The notes under the pieces were generated by a model. That model was not told the DNA's origin and made no database searches. It worked only from the letters and a program-made list of their open reading frames with translations. The position numbers and the translations under genes are program-made. Source: an uncultured Candidatus Saccharibacteria bacterium (GTDB taxonomy: Bacteria; Patescibacteriota; Minisyncoccia; SW-4-49-11). From it: a stretch of DNA of 64,000 nucleotides. Each line of letters starts with the position of its first letter. Position 1 is the first letter of the stretch. The stretch is from contig CAZPCB010000001.1 in NCBI GenBank assembly GCA_964585065.1, positions 226,866 through 290,865 of the forward strand, given 5' to 3'. Shown here piece by piece: positions 47,303 through 57,563 of the stretch.

Positions 47303-48469
47303 TTATCCCTTAAATGATCTAATATATTGCATCATCTCCAAATAGAATTGTAAATTATGTCTACTCAGATATTCTAGGGCATATTGTTCTTTGACATTAT
47401 ACAAATGCCGTATATAAGCTCTCGTATATGCTTGAGATCCCTCCCACTCAGCATAAGGATCAATAGTATGAGTATCTTCCCGATATATAAGATTTTGTAT
47501 TTTGAGAATATCAAAGAATTTTATTTCTGGAAGACTTGCTGACTCTTTATTTTGCTCTAAATCACGTAAATATTGATGTACATCTTGTTCCTTATTGGCT
47601 GATTTCCAAACATATATTGTACCATGGCGGGCTTCTCTCGTTGGGATAACACAATCGAACATATCTACACCAAGTGAACTGGCATAGGCAATTTCTTCTG
47701 GTTTACCAAGCCCCATCAAATAGCGAGGTTTATTTTCCGGTAATAATGGAGTAATCCATTGTATTACTTGTAATACATCAGCTCTCGATTCCCCTACTGA
47801 AACACCTCCAATTGCATATCCATCAAATCCAATTTCTTGTAATTGGGCTAAACTTAATTTGCGTAAATCTTCATAAATACCACCTTGTACAATGCCAAAT
47901 AATAATGGTCTGCTATTATCTTTTCTGGGATCACTTTGCAATAATCTTTCTAATTCATCTTTGGAGCGTTTTGCCCATCTTGTTGTTAATTCTAATGATT
48001 TCAAAATATAGGCTCTATCAGAATTCCCAGGGGGACATTCATCTAAAACCATAATAATATCACTACCTAAATAATATTGTGTGCGAATAGACTCTTCTGG
48101 ACTTAATAAATGCTCACTTCCATCTAGATGAGACCGGAAATATACCCCTTCTTCAGTAATTTTATTAATATTAGATAAACTAAATACCTGAAATCCCCCA
48201 CTATCTGTCAAAATAGCTTTGGGCCAATTGGTAAATTGATGTAATCCTCCTAGCTTATGTACTAATTCATATCCTGGTTTCAAATACAGATGATAGGTAT
48301 TCATCAAGATAATATCGGTTGGGAATTGAGTTAGTATTTCCTGATTACCAATACCTCGAATACTACCCTTAGTGGCCACGGGCATAAAAAAAGGAGTAGA
48401 TATATTATTATGTGTCGTCTCTAATATACCATGTCTTAGAGCATGGATTTTCTCTGATATCTCAAACAT
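47303..48469 (-). CDS. tgt: tRNA-guanine transglycosylase
   Basis: TPFFMPVAT, NTYHL, TDSGGFQVFSL, GIVQGG, DMFDCV.PTR. Confidence 0.95.
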   Translation of the reverse strand: MFEISEKIHALRHGILETTHNNISTPFFMPVATKGSIRGIGNQEILTQFPTDIILMNTYHLYLKPGYELVHKLGGLHQFTNWPKAILTDSGGFQVFSLSNINKITEEGVYFRSHLDGSEHLLSPEESIRTQYYLGSDIIMVLDECPPGNSDRAYILKSLELTTRWAKRSKDELERLLQSDPRKDNSRPLLFGIVQGGIYEDLRKLSLAQLQEIGFDGYAIGGVSVGESRADVLQVIQWITPLLPENKPRYLMGLGKPEEIAYASSLGVDMFDCVIPTREARHGTIYVWKSANKEQDVHQYLRDLEQNKESASLPEIKFFDILKIQNLIYREDTHTIDPYAEWEGSQAYTRAYIRHLYNVKEQYALEYLSRHNLQFYLEMMQYIRSFKG

Positions 48470-48476
48470 AAACTGT

Positions 48477-50381
48477 TTAATTCTCTACAGTAAGCTGACC
48501 TTTTACATCAGTAACTTGATTACTAGTTGGAATATCTATGTTACCAGACAAATCAATTCCTGTAAATACATCTTTTCCCGTATAATTTACTTTACTCAAT
48601 AAACTTGGCTCTTGTCCTGATTGATTTGGAGTAGGATTAATTGCAATCTGGAATACCGCTCTATAAAGAGGCCTTAATAATCCTGTATTAGCGGGTACAT
48701 TACCAATATCCCAAACAATTTCTTTGGTTTTATCATTATAACTTAATTTTCCAATACCATTATTTGTACTCTGTCCCGTCCAAGTAACATTGGCTGGTAA
48801 TGTAGCCTTTAATACTACACCAGAGACATCATTACTCAAATTTTGTATTTCCCAATTCACCGTAAATGTTGTAGTTTGAGCTAATTTCAATGGAATAGGG
48901 CCATTATTAATAATAGAACTTGCTGAATTTTTATAATATATATTTGATTTTGAAATAAGACGTGTAGCTAATTTTACTTCACTAGCATTCCCTTGAATAA
49001 TTTTATTAACTCCAAGAGTTGTAGGAACTTCATCACTTTCAAATGTAGCCTGTGTTTTAATAACATAATTAATATCTTGAAAATCATCAATAGGAATAAT
49101 ACGCTTTACTGGTACAGAAAAAGTAACCGTCCCCTCTTCATTTGGGGCAAATGTCTTAAGTTGAGGTAATGCATTGGCTCGCCAAATAATGGTATTACTA
49201 CCCGCATCAAAATCAGCTCCTAAAGCTCTTAATTTAGTTATGTCCAATAAATTACTATCCAGTTTGACTTTTAATAATCCCTCCCCTATTCTCACTTGCG
49301 TATTATTTCGAATACTGACAGTATACTCTAGAGTTTCACCTGCCGACACTATTCCTGAGGCAGGGCTTACTTTTTGTACCACACTCACATAAGGAGAGCC
49401 TAATTTAGTTGAATTCTGACTACTTGCATACAAAGTAAATGCTCCTTGTTTATTTTCTCCAATTTGAGCTTTTAGAATTTTAATTTCTTGATCAGTACCT
49501 CCAAGATTACCGCTAACAGTTACGCTAAAAGCTCCTTTTGCTTTTAAGTTGGATATAGTAAAGGTATTTTGCTCATTTCCCATAGCTGGTATATTAGACG
49601 AAACAAAAGCAAAAGTATCAGGATATTCTAAACGCAATTCTAAATCCTTTAAATCACTTGATCCCTTATTATTAACCGTTACTACATAATTAACTGTATC
49701 CCCACTTACACTTTCGAGAGGAGATTGTATATCAATAATGACAGGGCTATCTGCTATGGTAGTTGCAAATTCAGTTTTAGTATCAAAACTTGAGCTTAAA
49801 ATACTTGGTTTATAATTTAATGTTGCTTTAATAGTCTGTATACTTCCCTGTTCCCCTATTAATCGTCCTTTTATGGTGATTTCTCCTTTGGAACGTGGAG
49901 CTAATTCTCCTAAGGAATATTCACGTATTTCTGATTTTTCTTGTCCAAGAATATTCAGGGAAGAATCTGTTAGGGCCTTTGGTAATTCCACCGTAATCTT
50001 AGCATTCTCTAAAGCTACAAGATTATCATTACGATATGTAAGTGTATAGCTAAGCTCTTCACCGGCACTTACTTGAGATTCTCCCTTTACCTCTAATACT
50101 ACTCTTTTATCAGAAAATCTTTGCTGATTAAGCGCATATATAAAACCAGCTATTCCTATTACCACAAATACTGTTAAAGCAATCAAGCTCCATAAAGTAA
50201 TTTTCTTCTTATGTTTTTGAACAAATGTTTGATCTGCAGTCTCAAAAGAAGTCAGTGATGGAGCCTGAGCCTCATCATGTTTAGCATATACACTATATGG
50301 TGTATGCTGCGTACGCTCCTGATCTAAGACTTCACGATCTTCTTTTTGATAAATTTGTTTTTCTATATCTTTTAATGCCAT
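48477..50381 (-). CDS. membrane-anchored multi-Ig-like (DUF11-like) surface protein
   Basis: single TM followed by repeated GxxxxYxxxxxN beta-sandwich motifs. Confidence 0.7.
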   Translation of the reverse strand: MALKDIEKQIYQKEDREVLDQERTQHTPYSVYAKHDEAQAPSLTSFETADQTFVQKHKKKITLWSLIALTVFVVIGIAGFIYALNQQRFSDKRVVLEVKGESQVSAGEELSYTLTYRNDNLVALENAKITVELPKALTDSSLNILGQEKSEIREYSLGELAPRSKGEITIKGRLIGEQGSIQTIKATLNYKPSILSSSFDTKTEFATTIADSPVIIDIQSPLESVSGDTVNYVVTVNNKGSSDLKDLELRLEYPDTFAFVSSNIPAMGNEQNTFTISNLKAKGAFSVTVSGNLGGTDQEIKILKAQIGENKQGAFTLYASSQNSTKLGSPYVSVVQKVSPASGIVSAGETLEYTVSIRNNTQVRIGEGLLKVKLDSNLLDITKLRALGADFDAGSNTIIWRANALPQLKTFAPNEEGTVTFSVPVKRIIPIDDFQDINYVIKTQATFESDEVPTTLGVNKIIQGNASEVKLATRLISKSNIYYKNSASSIINNGPIPLKLAQTTTFTVNWEIQNLSNDVSGVVLKATLPANVTWTGQSTNNGIGKLSYNDKTKEIVWDIGNVPANTGLLRPLYRAVFQIAINPTPNQSGQEPSLLSKVNYTGKDVFTGIDLSGNIDIPTSNQVTDVKGQLTVEN

Positions 50382-50406
50382 AGTATTTTTAGCAATATAT
50401 AATTTA

Positions 50407-51126
50407 TTATATCACACTTTTACGAATTATAGCTAAAGAATTACTTTTAAGTTTATACCATTGTAAATGATATTGAACAATACTCCAAGGAAAATCTTCA
50501 ATTTCTAACCAAATACCTTTTTGCCATTGACGCAAAGTATAAATCAATTCGGTATTCACTTCAATATAATCATCCATATCTGCAGCTAACTGGGATATTA
50601 CAAGCCCTCCCGACCTCACACTAATACCAAAATCTTTAGCCTTAGTATTACCTGTAATAACACAATGAGATAAATTCATTCCATATCCAAGCATATATAA
50701 TAATCGTATTAATAGCCACCCTACTAATAATTGAGGTTTCGTATAATGATGTCTAACTAAATCAATATAGTCTTCTATACATTCAAATACCCCAATATCC
50801 CTATGATTATCATCTGTTAATTGATCTAATAATTCAAATATAAGTCCCATAAGGGCAGCCCCTTCTATACTTTTATATATATCCGTATGTGAATCAATAT
50901 CCCTAATGGCAATAAGCCTGGATATATTTCTTCCCACAATAAATTCAATATCTGATTTTCCCCAATCATATAATCGATATTGTAATTTTGATGTAGATTT
51001 TTTGATTCCCTTTAATAATAAGGTTTGTTTTCCATACTCCTTGGTATAAAATACTCCCAATCTATCAGTATCAGGTAAATCTATTTGTTTAATCAGATAC
51101 GCGAAACTATTATGAATCGGGCTCAT
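50407..51126 (-). CDS. recO: DNA repair protein RecO
   Basis: DTDR...YTKEYGK...KGIKK..SKL N-terminal motif. Confidence 0.88.
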   Translation of the reverse strand: MSPIHNSFAYLIKQIDLPDTDRLGVFYTKEYGKQTLLLKGIKKSTSKLQYRLYDWGKSDIEFIVGRNISRLIAIRDIDSHTDIYKSIEGAALMGLIFELLDQLTDDNHRDIGVFECIEDYIDLVRHHYTKPQLLVGWLLIRLLYMLGYGMNLSHCVITGNTKAKDFGISVRSGGLVISQLAADMDDYIEVNTELIYTLRQWQKGIWLEIEDFPWSIVQYHLQWYKLKSNSLAIIRKSVI

Positions 51127-51129
51127 GTA

Positions 51130-52905
51130 TTATATTTCAATAATAACCGGTATAATCATTGGTCTTCTATGGGTAGTTCTGAATAAGAATAGACCTAAAT
51201 CTTCACGAATTGATTGTTGAATATATTCAATACTTTGATCTTCTCCATGAGACAATTTCTTCTCAATATGCTCTTGTACTCGAGCTTGTATAGATTGTAT
51301 TAATTTGGTAGATGTTTGTATATGTACAAATCCCTTAGAAATAATTTCTGGTTCACGAATAAGCTTTCCCTTTTTGAAATCAACTAAAGCTACTACCGTT
51401 ACAATACCATCTTGAGCCAAAGATTGTCTATCTCGGATTACAATTTCTTTTAAATCCCCTACTCCGAGTCCATCCACCATCATAGTGCTAGCATTAACTT
51501 TCTCAGTAGTTACACGGGCTTCACCCTTATATATTTCTATAATTCTTCCATTATCAGTAAGTAAGATATTATCTTTTTTCATACCAACTTCTAGAGCTAA
51601 ATCACGATGAGATTTGAGAGAATAAAAATCTCCATAAATTGGCTGTAAATATTTAGGACGAATTAAATCTAATAATTGTTTTAAATCATCTCTTTGTGCA
51701 TGTCCGGAAACATGAACTTCCATCATTTTATAATGAATAATATGAGCTCTTTGGCGAGCAATAGCATCTTTCACCTTTTGTACTGACTCCTCATTACCTG
51801 GAACTACAGAAGATGAGAATACTACGGTATCTCCCTTTTCAATATGGAAATTCCGATGCTCACGATTAGCCATACGGGTTAGGGCTGAGCGTTCATCTCC
51901 CTGAGCTCCTGTACAAATAATAGTAAGGTTTTCTGGAGGAATATTACGAGCCTCTTGTGCACTAATAACAGTTTGAGGAGAAAAATGTGCATATCCAATT
52001 TCATGGAGAATTTGAACATTCGTTTTCATACTAAATCCTTCAATTACAACTTTACGATTATATTTTTCAGATAAATGAATCATTTGTTGTATACGATTGA
52101 GTGTACTAGAAAATGTAGTAACAATAATTTTACCGGTAGCATTCTCAAAAATATGATCAATATTATTTTGAATTGTCATCTCAGAAGTTACTCTTCCGGG
52201 ACGAGAAGCACTAGTACTATCAGATAATAATACCAATACTCCCTCATCACCAATTTTGCGATACATTTCCAAATTAGCTGGCTCTTCTCCAATAGGAGTA
52301 GCATCTATTTTGAAATCTCCCGTATGCAGAATAACTCCTTCTGGAGTTTCAATCTTAATCATAGTTGAATCTGGAATACTGTGATTAATATGAAGAAAGG
52401 TTACAGTAAATACTCCAAATTTAAGCTTTTCATTTAATTTAGCTACTTTTCCATTTAATGGAGGCACGGTAGTGAATTCACTTTGTCGTCTTTGCATCAT
52501 AGCAAGAGGTAGGGCAGGTGCATATATAGGAGGATTACCAATCATAGACATAACCTGAGATACTCCTCCAATATGATCCATATGTCCATGCGTAATTAGT
52601 ACAGCTCGAATATTATCCTCTTTCCCCTTAAGATAACTGGGATTGGGGATAATATAATCAACTCCTGGTTGATCTTCTTCTGGGAATTTCATCCCAATAT
52701 CAATGACGAGAATATCTTTTCCATATTCTATTACCGTCATATTACGACCTCCAATTTCTTCTGATCCACCCAGTGGAATAATTTTCAAAAGATTATCTTT
52801 AGTCTTAAATGGTTCTTTTGCATTAAGATAGTCATTACTTTTATGACTTAAATCTGTCACAAAAGTTGTTCCTCTCTTAATTTCAGAGTGTTGATACGAT
52901 TTCAT
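51130..52905 (-). CDS. rnj: ribonuclease J
   Basis: PLGG.EEIG, THGHMDH, NHS, TGDFK, HVSGH, RRPMIIP. Confidence 0.95.
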   Translation of the reverse strand: MKSYQHSEIKRGTTFVTDLSHKSNDYLNAKEPFKTKDNLLKIIPLGGSEEIGGRNMTVIEYGKDILVIDIGMKFPEEDQPGVDYIIPNPSYLKGKEDNIRAVLITHGHMDHIGGVSQVMSMIGNPPIYAPALPLAMMQRRQSEFTTVPPLNGKVAKLNEKLKFGVFTVTFLHINHSIPDSTMIKIETPEGVILHTGDFKIDATPIGEEPANLEMYRKIGDEGVLVLLSDSTSASRPGRVTSEMTIQNNIDHIFENATGKIIVTTFSSTLNRIQQMIHLSEKYNRKVVIEGFSMKTNVQILHEIGYAHFSPQTVISAQEARNIPPENLTIICTGAQGDERSALTRMANREHRNFHIEKGDTVVFSSSVVPGNEESVQKVKDAIARQRAHIIHYKMMEVHVSGHAQRDDLKQLLDLIRPKYLQPIYGDFYSLKSHRDLALEVGMKKDNILLTDNGRIIEIYKGEARVTTEKVNASTMMVDGLGVGDLKEIVIRDRQSLAQDGIVTVVALVDFKKGKLIREPEIISKGFVHIQTSTKLIQSIQARVQEHIEKKLSHGEDQSIEYIQQSIREDLGLFLFRTTHRRPMIIPVIIEI

Positions 52906-52906
52906 A

Positions 52907-54673
52907 TTAAATATTCATTATTATTGGTAAAATCATTGGTCTTCTTTCCGTTTTCGTAAGTAATAAGCGACCAATATTCTCTCTTACTTGATCTTGTATA
53001 TAGGCAATATTTACTTCATCAGATTGTTTCAAAAGAGCTAATACAATTAATCTTGTTTGTTCTTTTACTTCATTAAATAATTTATCTGAAGATTCATTAT
53101 CTACAAATCCTTTTGATACTACCACAATATCTCCTGATATTTCTCGAGTATCTGCATTCAGTAGGGCTACAATATGGAATATACCCTCTTCTGACATTGT
53201 TTGCCTATCATGTATAACTACATTGGTTAAATCACCAACTCCAAGCCCATCTACAATTACATTGGAAGTAGGAACTTTTTCCGGAGTAATACGTCTTTGT
53301 TTATAATCAAATAGAATAACTTTTCCATTCATACCAACTACAACATTGCGATCTGGATACCCACCTTCAATGGCAATATCTCCATTAGACCTCAACAAAT
53401 GATGTGATCCACTAATAGGTACATAATATTTAGGACGAATTGCTTTTAATACAGCTAGACTATCTTCATGTCTTCCATAAGCCCCAAATCGTGTATCTAA
53501 TGGCTGATAATATTCTACAAAAGCTCCTAATTTAGCAAAATTATCATTTACTCGAGCTGCTGAACGGGCATTTCCAGGAATTAAAGCCCCAGGATACATA
53601 ACAATATCCCCTTCTTTAATTGAGAATACACTATGCTCATTATTAGCCAGTCTCATCAAATGAGGAATATCATCTCCATGAGAACCAGATATTAATACTA
53701 CTAATTGCTCTCTTGGAGTATCCCCGAGTAAACTAGGCCCTACTATAGTACCTGATTTTATTTGAATAAGCCCCTTTTTGCGACATGTATTAAAAGTATT
53801 AAGTAAACTTTTTCCTTCAATGAATAAATGCTTGTTATGAGCTTCTATTGCATTGACAATTTGTTGCATGCGCCCAATCATAGAGGGGAATGTAGACACA
53901 AATACAGCACCTGTCTTGCGAGCTATAACCGAATCAATATGTTCTGCAATAGATGCTTCTGTCGGTGCAAATCCCTGTGATTCTGTAGCTGAACTACCTG
54001 ATAAAAGAGCAAATGTATCAGCTCCAGCTAATTCCTTTATATAATCGAGAAATTCATTTTTTTCTGTAGATTCACTATCCAATTTATAGCTAGAGAGATA
54101 AAATACCTTTCCTTGCATAGTATACACACATAATCCTATTGAACCCGTAACATTAAATGGAGTTGGGAAAACATTCACTTTAAAGGATCCTACTCGTATA
54201 GAATTATAGGGTTTAATAATATGTTTTTTGTATTTTACCCCTTGAGAATAAAAATCTTGCCTAGACTCCAATATTGCAAATAAAGCCTCGGTTGCATAAA
54301 TATGCAAATTAGGGAATAAATGTAAAAGATATGGAACAGCCCCAATATGATCGGGATGTGGTGAAGTTAATACTACTCCCTTTATTTTGGAGCTATTATC
54401 CATCAAATATTGTGTATTGGGGATAATATAATCAATTCCTGGTTGATTAGCACCGGGCATTTGAAGCCCCATATCGACAATCAGAATATCATTCTCTTGT
54501 TCAAATATATACATATTCTTGCCAACACCATCAAGGCCTCCCAAAGGAATTATCTTGAGAGCTTGGCGTGAGGTTTCAGGAATAGTTCTTTTTTGAGCAA
54601 AACTTTTTCCTTGTTGTCGAGAACGGTTATTCTTATTCTGTGAATTATTATTGTACGGTCGTTTTGATTGCAT
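52907..54673 (-). CDS. ribonuclease J paralog with degenerate active site
   Basis: full-length similarity (PLGG, VDGLGVGD, RRPMILP) but TSPHPDH, LSSYK and no HVSGH. Confidence 0.88.
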   Translation of the reverse strand: MQSKRPYNNNSQNKNNRSRQQGKSFAQKRTIPETSRQALKIIPLGGLDGVGKNMYIFEQENDILIVDMGLQMPGANQPGIDYIIPNTQYLMDNSSKIKGVVLTSPHPDHIGAVPYLLHLFPNLHIYATEALFAILESRQDFYSQGVKYKKHIIKPYNSIRVGSFKVNVFPTPFNVTGSIGLCVYTMQGKVFYLSSYKLDSESTEKNEFLDYIKELAGADTFALLSGSSATESQGFAPTEASIAEHIDSVIARKTGAVFVSTFPSMIGRMQQIVNAIEAHNKHLFIEGKSLLNTFNTCRKKGLIQIKSGTIVGPSLLGDTPREQLVVLISGSHGDDIPHLMRLANNEHSVFSIKEGDIVMYPGALIPGNARSAARVNDNFAKLGAFVEYYQPLDTRFGAYGRHEDSLAVLKAIRPKYYVPISGSHHLLRSNGDIAIEGGYPDRNVVVGMNGKVILFDYKQRRITPEKVPTSNVIVDGLGVGDLTNVVIHDRQTMSEEGIFHIVALLNADTREISGDIVVVSKGFVDNESSDKLFNEVKEQTRLIVLALLKQSDEVNIAYIQDQVRENIGRLLLTKTERRPMILPIIMNI

Positions 54674-54778
54674 ATAATGCGATTAATATTATTATTTTCT
54701 TTGAGATTATCTATAGCTATCCTGCTTGTAATGTAAAATAAGATATGCAAACAGCAATGTAATTTTCTCTAAAAAATG

Positions 54779-54826
54779 TAGATTTAAGGGAATCGAACCC
54801 TTTTTACTCCTGATTAGTAAAATCTA
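54779..54826 (-). ncRNA. putative D-arm-less tRNA-like element
   Basis: TAGATTT/AAATCTA 7-bp stem, TACT-7nt-AGTA arm, AAGGG-TTCGATT-CCCTT T-arm. Confidence 0.5.
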
Positions 54827-54835
54827 TATATAAAT

Positions 54836-55117
54836 TTATTTAGCTTCTGTAGCTTTGAATCGTGTTACAGGGATTTTTGTAGCTTCTATGATATTATGTC
54901 GTATCAAAAGATTATGTACTGTTTGTGAAGGTTGAGCTCCAACTGAAATCCAATATTTAATTCTCTCTGCATTAAGAGCTTGATCTTTATTCCCTGGATT
55001 ATATACACCAAGAGATTCAATAAATTTTCCTTTTACAGGACGGCTTTTTTCTGCAACAACCACTTTATAAATAGGAGTATTTTTCTTCCCTACTCGGGAC
55101 AATCGAATTCGTAACAT
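54836..55117 (-). CDS. rpsP: 30S ribosomal protein S16
   Basis: MLRIRLSRVGKK, GKFIESLG.YNP, GAQPSQTV. Confidence 0.97.
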   Translation of the reverse strand: MLRIRLSRVGKKNTPIYKVVVAEKSRPVKGKFIESLGVYNPGNKDQALNAERIKYWISVGAQPSQTVHNLLIRHNIIEATKIPVTRFKATEAK

Positions 55118-55154
55118 AAGTTAAAATATGATAATTTATACAATTCTTATAAAT

Positions 55155-55183
55155 ATAATAGCATATGAATCAATAATTGTCAA
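55155..55183 (-). promoter_or_regulatory. promoter of rpsP
   Basis: TTGACA-17-TATTAT with ATATGC extension. Confidence 0.8.
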
Positions 55184-55188
55184 TATGT

Positions 55189-56847
55189 CTATTTACTTTT
55201 TTGACAAGCTTTTACAAAACCCTTGAATAATGGATGTGGGTCAAGAGGGTGCGATATCAGCTCAGGATGAAATTGTGTCCCTATAAAGAATGGGTGATTA
55301 GCCAGCTCAATAATTTCTACTAAATTATTCTCTGTATTAACTCCTGCAATAGTAAGTCCAGCTTTTTCTAATTCTTCCCGATATTGATTATTTACTTCAT
55401 AGCGATGACGATGTCTCTCCTGAACTTGAGCAGTATTATATAATTTACGTGTAAGAGTTTTAGGGGTTATATCACAAAGATATTCTCCTAATCTCATAGT
55501 TGCTCCCATTGCTTCTTGTTCCAAATTAGTATCCTGCCCCTCCATAATATCAATAATTGGATTTGGAGTTTTAGGATCTATTTCAGCTGTATGAGCGCCT
55601 TTAATCTTAGCGACATTGCGAGCAAATTCTACTACGGCAAGTTGCATACCATAACATAGTCCCAAATATGGGATTTTATTCTCACGGGCATATTGTATCG
55701 CTTTTAATTTTCCCTCTACTCCTCGCTCACCAAATCCTCCTGGAATAATAATTCCATCATATTGTTTGAGTCTTGAAACTTTTTTAGAATCATTTTCAAA
55801 TTCAGAGCTATCTATCCAATCAATTACTGGCTTGAGGCGAGAAGAAAAACTCGCATGCTTAATTGCCTCAATTACTGATATATAGGCATCACTTAATACA
55901 AAATTTCCACTATTAAAATATTTCCCTACAATACCAATTTTAATTTCCTTATTTGCAGTATCAATTTTTTGGGTAAAGCTAGTCCATTCTTTCAAATCTC
56001 TTTTGCGAGGTCGTAAATCTAATTTTTTTAATAATTTAGTTGAGAGATTATCATATTCAAAATTAATAGGGACATGATAAATACTATCTACATCCGGAGC
56101 TGAGATAACATCGTCAGCCGAGACATTACACATAATAGATAATTTTTGTTTCCGTATATCATCAAGGGGGTGACTAGAACGCGCTACAATCATATCTGCT
56201 TGTATCCCAGCACTATTAAGTAGTCTTGAGGCATGCTGAGTTGGTTTCGTTTTCATTTCACCGATTTTACTTGGAATAGGAAGATAACTTACCAATACAA
56301 ATAATACATCTTGGGGATTTTCTAATTTGAGTAATCTCGCTGATTCTAAGAATAATAAATTCTCATATTCACCTGCAGTTCCTCCAATTTCAATAATAGT
56401 AATATCGGCATCATGTGTTTTCTGAGCCTGTTTAATGCGACTTGTTACCTCATTCGGGATATGTGGCACTACACTTACACATTTCCCTTCAAATTTAAGT
56501 GCCCGCTCCTGCTCTATTACTGACTGATATACAGAACCTGTAGTCATATAATTAGTTCGTGTCAATTTAGTATCAAGAAATCTCTCATAATTCCCCATAT
56601 CCTGATCACATTCAAGGCCATCAGCTAGTACAAAAGTTTCCCCATGCTCTAATGGATTCATAGTTCCCGCATCTACATTAACATAAGGATCAATTTTGAC
56701 AGCTGTCACATTGAAGCCACGAGATTGGAGAATTAAAGCCATTGATGAGGTGGTAATCCCCTTACCCACTCCTGACATTACACCCCCAACTACAAAGATA
56801 TATTTAGGATTTGATTTTTTTGCTTTACTCGTTTTCCGAATTGACAT
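55189..56847 (-). CDS. pyrG: CTP synthase
   Basis: GGVMSGVGKG, KTKPTQ, GLCYGMQ, RHRHRYE, QFHPE. Confidence 0.98.
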   Translation of the reverse strand: MSIRKTSKAKKSNPKYIFVVGGVMSGVGKGITTSSMALILQSRGFNVTAVKIDPYVNVDAGTMNPLEHGETFVLADGLECDQDMGNYERFLDTKLTRTNYMTTGSVYQSVIEQERALKFEGKCVSVVPHIPNEVTSRIKQAQKTHDADITIIEIGGTAGEYENLLFLESARLLKLENPQDVLFVLVSYLPIPSKIGEMKTKPTQHASRLLNSAGIQADMIVARSSHPLDDIRKQKLSIMCNVSADDVISAPDVDSIYHVPINFEYDNLSTKLLKKLDLRPRKRDLKEWTSFTQKIDTANKEIKIGIVGKYFNSGNFVLSDAYISVIEAIKHASFSSRLKPVIDWIDSSEFENDSKKVSRLKQYDGIIIPGGFGERGVEGKLKAIQYARENKIPYLGLCYGMQLAVVEFARNVAKIKGAHTAEIDPKTPNPIIDIMEGQDTNLEQEAMGATMRLGEYLCDITPKTLTRKLYNTAQVQERHRHRYEVNNQYREELEKAGLTIAGVNTENNLVEIIELANHPFFIGTQFHPELISHPLDPHPLFKGFVKACQKSK

Positions 56848-57277
56848 ACAGTTCTAGCTTAGTTTTTATAATGGGGGTGAGATGAATATCAATAGTATAT
56901 TTTCCTATTGCTTTAATGGGACTTGCAATATGAATCATTTGCTTTTCGAATAATTCTCCGAATTCAGTATTAAGTTTTGAGACAATATCACTTTCTTTAA
57001 TAGCCCCAAACAAATGTCCTTCTGAATTGGTCTTGGCAATGAAAGTTAATGAATAATTCTCTAATTTGCTTTTGAGATTATTTAGAGCTTCTAAATGAGC
57101 TTTTTCATTTGCTTCTGACTGCTTGACTTGAGAGTTTTTGCGAGCAATATCTTGAGCTGTTGGTATTATACCCAATCTTTTACGCAATAAGAAATTTCGT
57201 CCATACCCTTCTGATACGGTGATAATATCTCCTTTTTTACCTATTGATGGGACATCTTGATTTAAAAGTATCTGCAT
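56825..57277 (-). CDS. rplI: 50S ribosomal protein L9
   Basis: GKKGDI..VSEGYGRNFL, LFGAI. Confidence 0.95.
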   Translation of the reverse strand: MQILLNQDVPSIGKKGDIITVSEGYGRNFLLRKRLGIIPTAQDIARKNSQVKQSEANEKAHLEALNNLKSKLENYSLTFIAKTNSEGHLFGAIKESDIVSKLNTEFGELFEKQMIHIASPIKAIGKYTIDIHLTPIIKTKLELYVNSENE

Positions 57278-57280
57278 ATT

Positions 57281-57562
57281 TCAGTGTATTATTCTAAACT
57301 CTCGTGAACTGATTACAATATACTCTTTATTATCCCAAAACTCAGCTACATTGTCAACGCGTGAAAGAGTTGATCCTTTATGAACTCTCTTAATCAGCTC
57401 TTGTAATTGTTTTGACTCCCCCCAAGCTTCAATTTGCACCGTCCCATCTGGAAGATTTTCTACTGTACCTATAATATTGAGTTTTTTTGCGATACTGACT
57501 ACAAAGACTCGAAATCTCACCATTTGCACTCGCCCTGACACAATAAGTTTTACATATTGCAT
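57281..57562 (-). CDS. acyP: acylphosphatase
   Basis: SGRVQMVRFR, GTVENLPDGTV. Confidence 0.88.
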   Translation of the reverse strand: MQYVKLIVSGRVQMVRFRVFVVSIAKKLNIIGTVENLPDGTVQIEAWGESKQLQELIKRVHKGSTLSRVDNVAEFWDNKEYIVISSREFRIIH

Positions 57563-57563
57563 A

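Noticed and set aside
54779-54826. UGA-suppressor or selenocysteine tRNA (TCA central in the 7-nt loop)
   Set aside because: No D-arm, no U33 and only 48 nt; kept only as a tRNA-like element.
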